Shown here piece by piece: positions 1 to 10,827 of a stretch of 64,000 nucleotides of DNA (position 1 is its first letter; every line of letters starts with the position of its first letter). The DNA comes from Octopus vulgaris (Eukaryota). The notes beneath the pieces were generated by a model. It did not search any database. It was not told the DNA's origin and worked only from the letters and a program-made list of their open reading frames with translations. The stretch is from the NCBI GenBank assembly GCA_951406725.2, contig OX597815.1, forward strand, positions 71,858,001 through 71,922,000, given 5' to 3'. A program made the translations under genes and the position numbers.

Positions 1-1278
1 CAGGAGAAAAGAATGGTATGACAAGAGGACCATTGTTTACAGGGTGTGCGCAAACGAAAGGAAGAGGGTAGAAGTTGTATCCATGGAATGGATAGAGGAA
101 GCCCTGCGAAGAACTGAGGAGGAAATAAATTTTCTGACTCGAGGATCCAAGTACGGGACCGTAGTTGTGCACTTTAAAAGTGAATCTGCAGCGAGGAAGA
201 TGGCAGCGAAGGCGGTGAAGTCGGAAAAGGTAACACTGTTACCTACGTATTTAAACAGGAGGATTACACGAATAAGGGTGGAGGGAGTGCCACCAAACGT
301 GGAGGCAGAATGGATTGTGGCGGCTGTGATCAGCGGCCACGAGGACGAAGTGGATATTCTCCATGCCTCGGTTAAGTCCGAGGGCTGGAGAGGCGTAACA
401 GTGGAGCTGAACGTACAGGCAGAGACCGAGGTACTGGTGGACCTGACGGAAAGCATCAGACTGGGAGAAGTGATCATGAGAGTGTGGGTGGAGGGCAGGG
501 CTCCACGTTGTTACAAGTGTGGCCTGAGGGGTCACATAAGAGCCTTCTGCCCTCCCCCAGGGAAAGAAATGGATCCCGAACCAGAGAGAGAGAAGCAGAA
601 ACCAGAGGAGAAGGAAACAGAGGAAGAGAATACACAGAAATGGAAGGAAGCTGGAAGTAAGAGGAAGAGAAGAATATGTGGAAAAAAAGAAAATAATATG
701 GAACTCCAATCTACCCCAAAACCTCCCACACCCTCTGAGTCCCACCCTATCCATGCAGACATTGAACCCACCCGCTCCCCCCAACAAGAAAACAAAAGAA
801 AAAAAGAATACACACACACAAGAGATTGAAATCGAACCCAGGCCGTACATTTGGACTATGACTGAACAGAGGGAAGTTAAAAGTCTAATGGAAGAGTATA
901 AACGGTATGATGTTGGAGAGACTAGGTATGCTGTGATTGAAAAAAAGAACATAGGTGAGTTTATGGGGAGGTGTGAAAGGGAGAATTGGGAGGTGAAAGA
1001 TATAAGAATGAGCGATGAATTCGTGGAAAGTATGAATGAGTGTTTCGGAGTAAGAGTGGATATGGAATTTATTCGTATTGGCAAAGAACATTCAAGTGAC
1101 TATGAAAAACAAAGGACAGGTAAGTGATGCTGACGGACGGGGCCGTTGGTATCGCTTTCATTTTATCATTTTTTCGTTTAACACTTCATGTTCATATAGT
1201 TTAATTATAATGTTCTATGTCCCCATGTTTTGTTATGTCCGCCATTCTTCGTAGCCCCTTAGTGGGTAATAAAGAAAT
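1..1278 (+). mobile_element. ORF1-only non-autonomous Tx1-related retroelement, copy 1 (5' end outside window)
   Basis: ORF1 homologue followed directly by a ~150-bp 3'UTR ending GCCCCTTAGTGGGTAATAAAGAAAT; no ORF2; colinear with copy 2. Confidence 0.8.
2..1127 (+). pseudogene. Tx1-type ORF1 (Gag-like zinc-knuckle protein), one frameshift near 749
   Basis: Frame open from base 2 (RRKEWYDKRTIVYRV...); knuckle CYKCGLRGHIRAFC; removing one A near 749 fuses ORF 44-829 to ORF 678-1127, matching copy 2. Confidence 0.8.
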
Positions 1279-2953
1279 ACGCGTTTTTTTGCGCTCAGTA
1301 AAATTCGGTTAAAAAAGAAAAAAGAACAAAAAGTGAATTGTGGTTGCGGAATTGGAACGTCGGTTGGTGCGGTTTCGCGTCGCACTGGTTCTGTGCGTCG
1401 CACGTTTTCTGTTCGGGAGGCCGTTTTTCGGTCTGAGGCGACTATGAGCCGCCTCTACCAAACGGATGAGATGGAAGGGAGAAATTTCTCTGAAAATTCG
1501 TCGACATCTGAGAAGGAGTTGGCGGTGAAAAAAATGGAAAGCACCTACGCAGGTATAACGAAGAAGTCAACAGAAAAAGAGATAGACCTGGCTAAGTTGA
1601 CGGACTTCCAGGAGTTCATGAAGGAGGAGGAGAACGGAGAGGTTGAGCTGTTGCCTCTAGCAGGGCGCGGAGACTGGTTCTATCGTAGAACCATTAAATA
1701 TAAAGTATTTATGAATGGAGGTAGAAAAATGGAAGTGATTAACATGGAAGCAATTGAAGAGGCTTTCAAACAGACAGGAGAAGAAATTGTGTACATGACA
1801 AAAGGATTAGAATATGGAACCATAACGGTACAATTTAAAAGGGAGAAAGCAGCCAGGAATATAGCAGCCAAGGTGGTGAGTACAGAAAAGTTTTACTTGT
1901 TCCCTTCGTATTTGAATAGAAGGACCACCAGAATTAGGGTGGAAGGAATACCTCCACACCTAGAGGGCGAATTAATAACGGCTGCGGTTATCAAAGGAAA
2001 TGAAGATAAAGTGGACATCCTCCACGCCATTATGAAATATGAAGGCGTGAGAGGTGCCACACTAGTAATGAACATACAGACGGAGGCGGAAGTTATAGAA
2101 AAGCTTACGGACAGTATAAAAACTGGAAATATTATTATGAGAGTGTGGGTGGAGGGTAGGGCGCCCAGGTGCTACAAGTGTGGCCTGAGGGGTCACATAA
2201 GAGCCTACTGCCCTCCCCCACCAAAGGAAAAAGAAAAGGAAATCGTCGCGGAAGCCCCAAAAGAGGAAGAAACCAAAGAGAATCAAAGGGAAAAAGAAAC
2301 GACAGAAGAAGAGGAGATGCAACAAGAGTGGGAAGAAGGAAGAAAAAAGAGAAAAAGAAAGAAAAAGAAAAACTGTGCGAAGCCCCAACCCACCCCAACA
2401 CCACCCGCACCCTCTGAATCCCACCCTTCCCCACAGACAGTGAACCCACCCGCTCCCCTCCAACAAGAAAACAAAAGAAAAATAATAATACAGACAGACA
2501 AGAGTTTGAAAACGAACCCAGGCCGAACATTTATATTGTGACTGAACAGAAAGAGGTTGAAAGGGTAATGGAGGAGTATGAATGGTATGAAATGGATGGG
2601 ACCAGATATGCAGTGCTGGAAAAGAAGAATATAGATGAGTTTGTGTTGAGGTGTGAAAGGGAGAATTGGGAGGTGAAAGATACAAGAATGAGCGATGAAT
2701 TCGTGGAATATATGGAGGACAGTTTCGGAGTAAGAATGGATATGGATGGTCTTCGTATTGGGAATGAACATTCAGGTGACAGTGAAAACAAAAGGACAGG
2801 TAAGTGATGCTGGCGGAGGGGGCCGTTAGCATCGCTTTCATATTATCATTTTTTCATTTTCATTTGCTCATGAATTTAATCATATTGTTCTATGTCCCCC
2901 ATGTTTTGTTATGTCCGCCATTCTTCGTAGCCCCTGGTGGGTAATAAAGAAAT
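1279..2953 (+). mobile_element. ORF1-only non-autonomous Tx1-related retroelement, copy 2 (apparently full length, ~1.67 kb)
   Basis: CpG-rich leader 1279-1443, ORF1, then 3'UTR ending GCCCCTGGTGGGTAATAAAGAAAT; no EN or RT. Confidence 0.8.
1444..2807 (+). CDS. Tx1-type ORF1 zinc-knuckle protein (1444-2541) plus ~100-aa C-terminal domain in the -1 frame (to 2807)
   Basis: First ATG 1444; STYAGI motif, RRTIKYK...GTITVQF...PSYLNRR...IPP region, CYKCGLRGHIRAYC knuckle; downstream domain conserved with copy 1. Confidence 0.8.
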
Positions 2954-3184
2954 AACATGGAGGAAATCAATTTATTGCGTTATTAGTAAGTTGATATATA
3001 TTTTTGCTCTCATACTACTTATCTCTGTTATTATATACTGTTGGTCTACCTTTTTTTGTCCATTGTTGTCTAACGGACGAAGTCAACCTTCGCGCGAAGA
3101 CTTCGCGTTGGTGTTCCCCCCTCAGTGGGGGAAAACTACAATCAATTTAGATTACCAAAGGCTTGTTAAAGCCATTTGTTCAAG

Positions 3185-4557
3185 ATGGAGTCCCCCATCA
3201 CTTATTCGCCCGTGACGAGCGAGGATGAATACCCGGCGTTGTCGCCAAGTAAAAAAGAGGCGTTGTCGCCAAGAAAAAAAGAGGCGCTGTCGCCGAAGAA
3301 AAAGAGGCGGCGTCGCCCAAGAAAATGGTAAAACCAGTACCAGCATCAACTCCAGCAAAAAAATTCGCTGAAGTGGCTGGGAAGAAAATTTAAAAAATTA
3401 ACGTGGACAACCTGGGAAAACATGCGGACTGTGTGTCAAAAGAGGGCACGGAAGTAACCGTGGCTTCAAACGCCAAAATACAGGAGGATATTTCGAATAG
3501 GAGAATAATCTATAAGACATTCAGTATAACAAACAGAGCAATCCAAAAAATAGAGGAGAAAAAGATTGAAAACTGCTTAAAGCCAATAATGGATAAAATT
3601 ACGTATATCAATCGAGGGAAGAAATACGGCACAGTGGAGGTGAGATTCACGTCAGAGGAGGTAGCGAAGAAGCTATCCATGGAACCCATAAAAGCGGAGG
3701 ATATTGTTCTCCTACCCCTGTATAAAGGCAAGAGAACTTCCAAGATCTCAATGAACAACATCCCGCCAGAAGCGGATGCCGAAGTCCTAGTGGCAGCAGT
3801 TATGGTAGGCCTGGAGGAAAAAATAAACATCCTCCAGGCCACCGTAGAAGAAGAAGAATTCTGGAAAGGGCAAAAGATAATAATAGCCATACAAGCAGAA
3901 GTACAAACCCTGGAAGAGATCCCAGAGACTCTAAGGATAAGCGAAGATGAAAGAGTCACAGTCTTCGTAGAGGGCAGAAAGCCGAGGTGCTTCGGCTGCG
4001 GTAAGAAGGGGCATGTAAGGGCGGAATGCCAGCCCCAACCCAAACCGCAGGAAGCACCTAAGCCAAAAGAAAAAGAAGACAATGTGTCACCAGAAGCAGC
4101 GTCAGACGGCCCAGAAGGGAAGACTGAAGGTGTGGAGGTGATGGTAACAGCAGAACTAGCGGCGGAGAAAAAAAAGAGCGAGGAAAAGATAAATGAGGAG
4201 GGGTGGGCAAAAATTATCGGAAAAAAAAAAAGAAAAACGGAAACCACCCCTCCCAGAGTAATTTTAAAAAAGAAAAAAGAGTCAATGAACTCATATATGG
4301 CCGTAAAAGCATCAAATAGCAGACTCGGAAACGTGTTGGCAGCCATGGCCAATGTGAAGAGAGTAGAGAAAAAAAATGACTTTGTAATTTACAAAATAGA
4401 CCGGAAGGATTACGGGCGGATAAAGTCAGATTTCTTCCATGACGTAGGCCCACTTAGGTTGGATGTAACATCTCCACATATATTCGAGGGCCTACGTCAG
4501 ACTCCCCACGAGGCCCAGAAAAAGAGAAGGAAGAAGAAGAAAAAACCGAACCACTGA
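3185..4557 (+). pseudogene. Tx1 ORF1p; likely start ATG 3185, frameshift ~3300, in-frame TAA at 3391
   Basis: MESPITYSP...(EALSPxKK)n...KKFAEVAGKK leading into ORF 3403-4557 with knuckle CFGCGKKGHVRAEC. Confidence 0.82.
3233..3326 (+). repeat. 24-bp tandem repeat x4 encoding EALSPxKK
   Basis: Units of GAGGCGTTGTCGCCAAGAAAAAAA. Confidence 0.85.
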
Positions 4558-4571
4558 TATAAAGGTAAGTA

Positions 4572-7500
4572 ATGGATTACATTTATGTTGGTTGTTTAAA
4601 TGTGCGCGGCCTGGGAGCAGGCTGGAAGCAAGGTCGCTTCCTGCATGATATCAGGTCGCGTAATTTAGATGTTATTGTTGCTACAGAAACCCGGCTAGAG
4701 GGGCCAAGAGGTCTACTCCCGCTGTTTGACGGCTACGAGAGTTTTTTCTCTCCTGGCAGTCCTACAGGCGGGAGTGGGGTGTTGGTCCTATTAAAAAGAA
4801 ACCGGGTTTCTGAGAAAAAGTTAATTTTTGCAGATCCAGAAGGTAGGCTGGTCGTCATGGATTTGACGTTCAGTAATGGTAAAGTTATCAGACTGGTTGC
4901 AATTTACGCACCCAACCATACAGGGCAAAGTGATTATTTTCGTGAACTAGAAAACTTTCTTGGTACTTCGCATTCATTAGTGGTGCTAGGAGACTTTAAC
5001 ACAATTTGCAAAGCGGATGTAGATTATGTTGGCTCGTGTCCAGATAGAAAAGGCAACAGTGGCTTCATGGAACTGCTAAGCCGCTTTGAGCTAGCAGATC
5101 CTTATAGGCTGGAATTTCCGAACGCTCCATTGTGGACATGGTCAAACAGCGACGGATCTTCCAGGTCGTATCTAGATAGAATACTAATTAGAAAAGTAGA
5201 CAGTAAAATAGCTAAGTGTCCACAGTTTTACCCGATCAGCTACAGTGATCATAAAATGGTCACTTGTAAGCTTGACATAGATAAGGTTAAAAATAGAGGA
5301 TCCGGTTACTGGAAACTTAATACGTCCCTTTTGGCGATTAAGGAGTACAAAGACCGGATTAGGAATATAATTCAGAGGGCACTATCTGGTACCATCATTA
5401 ATAACAAATGGTGGTACGCCCTCAAACGAGCCATCAAGTTTGAGTCTATTAGATATAGCATAGGAGTAGTGGCTAGAGAGGCTAGAAGGGAAACTACTCT
5501 AGTTAAGGAATTAGAGGAAGCCATGAAAACTGGCTCTGCGGCTCAGGTGGCGGCCAAGAGACTGGTGTTAAACCAGCACCTCGAGGCCAAACACATGGGC
5601 TGCATTGTCAGGGCTAGAATCCGTCATATGGGATGTGAAGGAATCAACGCCGTGAGATGGGCCCGAGTGGTGGAAGCTCAGCATGGTAACGATGCCACGA
5701 TTCGATCTTTGACGAACCAACAAGGTGAGTTGATAAACGAACCCGAGGAGATGTGTGAGGCCTTTCAGGAGCACTTCGCTCAGCTTTTCGGTGAGTGCGG
5801 CGGACTGGATAGGAGGAGGGCCTTTACGGACCTACTCGACGGTCTGCCGCGCTTATCGGGGCGAGATGCGGAGGGCTGTGAAGGGCCAATCACGCCTGAG
5901 GAGGTGGTTGAGGCAATGGCGGACTGCGGCGCGGGCAAGGCGCCGGGTTTGGATGGTCTACCCTATGAGTTATATAAGAGTATGCCAGACTTGTTCGGGC
6001 ACCTACTGGCGGAGGTCTACGCGAACTGGCAGCAGAACGGGCTTATACCCAGATCTGTGCGCCGGGGAGTAGTGACTCTCGTCAGAAAGGACCCGAGCAA
6101 GGGGGAGTGCATTGATAATTTCAGGCCCATCACTCTGCTAAACACAGAGTTGAAGATTTTGGCCAAAGTGTTATCGAAAAGATTGGCGCGTGTCGCGGAT
6201 GGTCTGATCGGAGGGGCACAGACATGTGCCGTTCCGGGCAGATCCATTCAGGATAATCTCCATCTAATGCGGTACACTATAGAGGGGTTTAATAGTGATT
6301 CTGGCAAGGGTGGGGCACTGGTCCATTTAGACCAATCTAAAGCTTTTGATAGGGTCGACCATCGTTACCTGGTATCTGCCCTGGCACAGTTCGGGCTGAG
6401 CCTTGGATTCCTCAGGTGGATTATCGAAATTTATGATAACATCGACTCGGTAGTTCGGGTGAACGGCTTCTTGTCGAAGCCGTTCAAAATCAAACGCTCG
6501 GTTCGTCAAGGGTGTCCGCTCTCCCCGCTTTTGTACGTGATGGCTCTTGAGCCATTACTGCGAAAACTGAGCGGCATCCCGAGACAGCCAGGTAATGGAA
6601 AATCAGTGTCAGCGTACGCGGATGACATCACCATCATCGTAACCGAAATGGACCACCTATGTAAAGTAGGCAAGGCCATAGAGGTGTACGAGACGGTGAC
6701 AGGAGCAAAAGTTAATCGCGAAAAGTCAGTCGGCTTGCAACTCGGCACCTGGAGAGGCAAGTCGATGCCGCCTGACAGCGTCGTGGGACGTTGGACGGAG
6801 GGTCCGATTAAACTGCTAGGGGTCTGGTTCGGTCCAGACCTCCAAATAGAGAAGAATTGGGGCGAGGTAACGAGCAAGGTGGCTGCAGTAGCCAAGACCT
6901 GGTCTTGGCGGTGGCTATCCCTGAAAGGGAGGGCGGAGGTGGCCAATGTGTTTATCGCATCGGTTATCACCTACCGCCTTTCCGTCGTTCCTTGCCCTGA
7001 TTCGTGGTTGATCAAGTTGGAAAGACAGCTCTTCTACTTCTTGTGGAAGGGCGGGAAACCACTTGTGAAACGCTCTACTTGCTGTCAACAACCGTTAAAG
7101 GGTGGGCTAGGGATGCCTTGGCTGATGATGCGCAGACATGCGCTGAGGTTAAGACATCTGTGGCTCTACCTGGATGGTGAACGGGTGTGGTCTTCGCTAG
7201 CAAAACTGATGTTTCCCAAGTTCACTAGTTTCGGTGGATGGGAAACCTGGCTGAATCGTAGATCGAAACTTGGTACTTGGTACACGGAGTGTCGCAAGGC
7301 TCTCCTGCTATTCCGTCGCTCGGGCAACGCCTGCGGTGGGGGTTCCACCACTTTCTTCTATAGAGGGTTGGTAGAGGCGGAATGTGAAGATACCTTGGGG
7401 AAACCCTAGGTCTCGACGATAACCAGCTGGCCAGTCTGTTCCGACGTACGTTCGAGCCAAGGACACTGGACAACTTCCAGAAGTCTCTGGCATGGCAATG

Positions 7501-7966
7501 CTACAGAGGAGCTCTACCTGTTCGGGATAAACTCGCAAGGCACGGTGGCCAAGACAGTCCGATATGTCCAAGATGCGGGCGGGATAGGGAAACTGTCCCG
7601 CACGCGATTGTTCATTGTCCGGACGTGTCTGAGGTGTGGGTTTATGCCGAACACCTGTTGTCAGGTACACGAAGAGTACAGCTGTCGACTGAGTCGATTA
7701 CAAAAATTGACCCACCGGATTTCCTCGTGAATGAAGGTAAGTTTCGTTTTCTCGTTGTAGTAGCAATCGCGAAAGAGGTGATATGGAAGACGAGAATGAA
7801 AGGTTTACAGTCAGGCAAGTTCATCTCCGGCCCTGGTTTGATGAATTATTTCATCTTTCACCTGAAAAGGAAGATAGGGCTGGAGAGAATATGCCTGACT
7901 AGGAGAGCGTATGAAGAACGATGGAAGGATGTAGCACGGAAGTTGCGAATGAAAGTTACAACATAA
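4572..7966 (+). CDS. Tx1 ORF2p: AP endonuclease, reverse transcriptase, C-terminal zinc finger; single frameshift at the G-run ~7397-7400
   Basis: LNVRGL, ATETR, IYAPN, GDFN, LDRIL, SDH; KAPGLDGL, FRPITLLN, DQSKAFDRV, RQGCPLSP, YADD; after the shift CPRCGRDRETVPHAIVHC runs in frame into ORF 7625-7966. Confidence 0.95.
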
Positions 7967-8211
7967 ATGTAATACCAAGTGCAACCAAAAGTATCAGTGG
8001 GGAGGCGGGGCTCGTGGGGTCCGAGCTAAACCCGCACCCACTCCACCCGTAATGTCTTCCGGTCTGTCCTATCACTCGATTTCTGTCCATTTATTGTTAT
8101 TCATGAAAATTTTTAAACCCGATTTATTGTAAAAACCCATTCGTTTGTCTGACCCCATCATCAGAATGTATTGTCCCATCTGTGTTCGCCCCTTGTGGGT
8201 AATAATAAAAC

Positions 8212-8520
8212 AACATGGAGGAAAGCACCTTCGAAAAGTGTCTTGGTGCAACTATGAAAGGTATCTAAACAGAGGCGGTAAATTCGCCACAATAGAAGCA
8301 AGGTTCGAGTCAACGGAGCGTGCAAGGGAGTACTCGACTCGAACTTGCAAAGTGGAAATATTTTATTTTTACCTTTATATCTGGGACGTAGGACGTCCCG
8401 TAAAAAAATTTAAAGCCCCCCCCCCCCCCCGAAGTAGAGGTAGGCTGGATTGTAGCCACACTTCTATACAAGAGGGAGGACAAGATACAATTGATCGAAA
8501 TTACAAAAGACAGGCTAACA
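8212..8520 (+). pseudogene. Degraded fragment of an older Tx1-family ORF1 (the insertion target)
   Basis: With frameshifts reads NMEESTFEKCL...YLNRGGKFATIEARF...LPLYLGRRTSR...PPEVEVGWIVATLL, aligning to YINRGKKYGTVEVRF...LPLYKGKRTSK...PPEADAEVLVAAV. Confidence 0.78.
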
Positions 8521-9445
8521 ATTCCTGTCTGTTATATATTTTGAGTATTGTTATCACTAACGATATCAAGATATAACTTTGTATTTTGTATTTTATGTGT
8601 AGATGTATATATATATATATAAATGTACATGTAATATGTACACATATATATACACATATATGCATGCACTAGCACTATGACCCAGCAACGACGGGTCTTT
8701 AATATCCAATAAAATAATATAAGCATTTAAAAAACCTATGAAAGACAATAAAATTATTTGAAAAAATATATCTAACTTACCTATTATTAGTCTGTGGGGA
8801 AAGAAGATACTTTTAATCAAGGCTACACGTGTTTCTGCGGTGGTGGGGTGTTTATCAAGGCTATACCTAATACATAAATCCACCAGTGCGTCCTCGAGCT
8901 TTTTATATTGACTTTATATTATTGTTTCTGACTAAAAACGGGGTTTAAAATGTATATAAGATACGATAGATGGCAGCTAGTAAAATGTTAAATAAGAATA
9001 TTGTTTTTTTTTATATATTACCCCTTATATGGTATTTTAAGATGTGCATATGCATACTTTTTTTTACCAGTAAATAAGGGAGAATCAAGGGCAATGTTTA
9101 CTTAGTTATACAGGGTGGGAGTGATGAGTATCTAATCATACGAACGAAAGGAACTGAATACTAACAAAGTTACGCTTGTAAGCTTCAGTTCTGAATTTGA
9201 ATTGACGAATGAAGGAATAAAATATAAATTAGTTAGAAAACGAAATTAATAGAAAATGATCACAAAGAAAAAACTAAAGGTACTAATTTTAGATACTTAT
9301 TATTCACTGATGATCTCCAAATGACATAATATAATAATGTGTATTACTTTTGTGGAAATACCTATTCTTCAATTGTATACCCGAAATATGGTCTTTTGCG
9401 ACAGAAAAAGCTGTCTGGTTAAATTAAATAACTAATCCATATTAG

Positions 9446-9890
9446 TGTAGCGTGGCAGTTTCAGCCATTTTGAAATATGACTATAGCGATTTCTAATATC
9501 TTCACTATTTGAAAGGCAAGGCAGAAATGATCTCGTTTGAGGTTACAGCCATCTTTGGCCAACTTGTTCCTGTTGTAAACACTAACCTGATTGGTTGACA
9601 CGTGACGCGATTTGTCTCCACTTATTTTCGCGCCACTGTCCCGAAACAACCAATCACGACCTTTGGTTAAGATTCCATTTCTGAGGCCCGTTTGAGCCAC
9701 CCAACCGGTATATAAAGGAGTATTTTCAGACACTTTTTGTCTTTGGTTCCAGTTCTTCTAAGAACTAAGTTTAGACCACAGCGCTACTCAACCAAACGAT
9801 ATACGATTGTTTCTGTTACCACTAGCTACGACGCTAATGTACAGTCACCACAGAAAGCCTTCTATCTCCGCCGCCGTCGTCACCATCATT
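9446..9890 (+). repeat. 5' LTR (first ~445 bp only)
   Basis: Direct repeat of 12765-13210; TATA-like TATATAAA at 9709. Confidence 0.93.
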
Positions 9891-10629
9891 GTACCAACAT
9901 ATGGCGTTTCTTTTCAAACTAGGGCTCCTCGACCTCCAGCGCCATCTTGAATTTTTTTGTTGATCGGAGCGACTGTTTCTCTCAAGTTGCAAACTCTCTA
10001 TTTTCTTCGTTAATACGTCGAATTGTTTTTCGTAACATTTTTTTAACTCTTGTGTTTCACTCGAAATAGATGGAATCGCACTAATAGTTTCTTTGGACGA
10101 TAACTCCAAAATACCGTCTGCTAAATCTGCCAACTGTTGAATTGAATTCTGTTTTTTTACGGCCGAGAGCAAAGTTTGGGTTTTATACGGCAGCTTATTG
10201 AAAAATACCTCTTTGAGGTACGATTCCTCTATTTGCTGGTTCCCCAGAAGTTCGTTCATCCTTCGTAGAAGTTGTGTGGGTTTTTTACTACCCAGTTCTT
10301 CGTTGTTAAATAATTTTGCGAATTCTTTTTGCTTAGAACTTGACGTACGCTTCAATATTTCTTCTTTAATAGATGAATACGAAACTGGTTCCATAGGGTT
10401 CAGCATTAAATCCCTGACTTCATTGCTTAGAGGTGGAGGCAAATTACTAAGCATGATGTTGTACTTCTGTTCTTCATTTGTTATTCTGTTAGCTTTAAAG
10501 CTTGCCTCTAGTTGTGCCAACCAAATTACGGTGTCTCCAGTCCACGGAGGACAATTCAATACATTGACAGAAGCTTGTGTGTAACTTCTGTCGATGTATG
10601 ATGCCTCGAATTCTGTTTTTCTGCTCCAT
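9890..10629 (-). pseudogene. gag: Gypsy gag, inverted relative to the LTRs
   Basis: CPPWTGDTVIWLAQLEASF...ELGSKKPTQLLRRM...ICWY; ATG 10629 with an early frameshift. Confidence 0.85.
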
Positions 10630-10776
10630 TATATTTGTGAATATATATATATTTTTTTTTTTGTTTTTTCGTTTTTCTTAAAAGGTTTCTTCTTCAGCGT
10701 TCTCTTGTGTCAATAATTCCGTAACTTATGCTTATTACTGTCTGCGTAGTATATACGAATGGCTGCGTATTTGAAA

Positions 10777-10827
10777 ACGTTCGGGTCACCAGTGTAAGCA
10801 ATATGAACGCACGTGGTCGCTTGTGTA
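10777..10827 (-). promoter_or_regulatory. Inverted LTR 3' end (10793-10827) and tRNA-Trp-type primer-binding site (10777-10791)
   Basis: Minus strand ...GTTCATATTGCTTACA C TGGTGACCCGAACGT; matches the 3' LTR end and the tRNA-Trp PBS TGGTGACCCCGACGT. Confidence 0.85.

Larger units (their letters stand above)
2967..8211 (+). mobile_element. Near full-length Tx1-clade (L1 superfamily) non-LTR retrotransposon
   Basis: 5'UTR, ORF1, ORF2 (APE-RT-CCHC), 3'UTR; 13-bp TSD AACATGGAGGAAA at 2954-2966 and 8212-8224. Confidence 0.92.

Noticed and set aside
3233-3326. Short direct repeats resembling a CRISPR array
   Set aside because: No spacers, eukaryotic context, coding tandem repeat
251-4352. Long minus-strand ORFs (251-1084, 2062-2841, 3510-4352)
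   Set aside because: Antisense shadows of purine-rich ORF1 sequence; F/S/L-rich with no motifs
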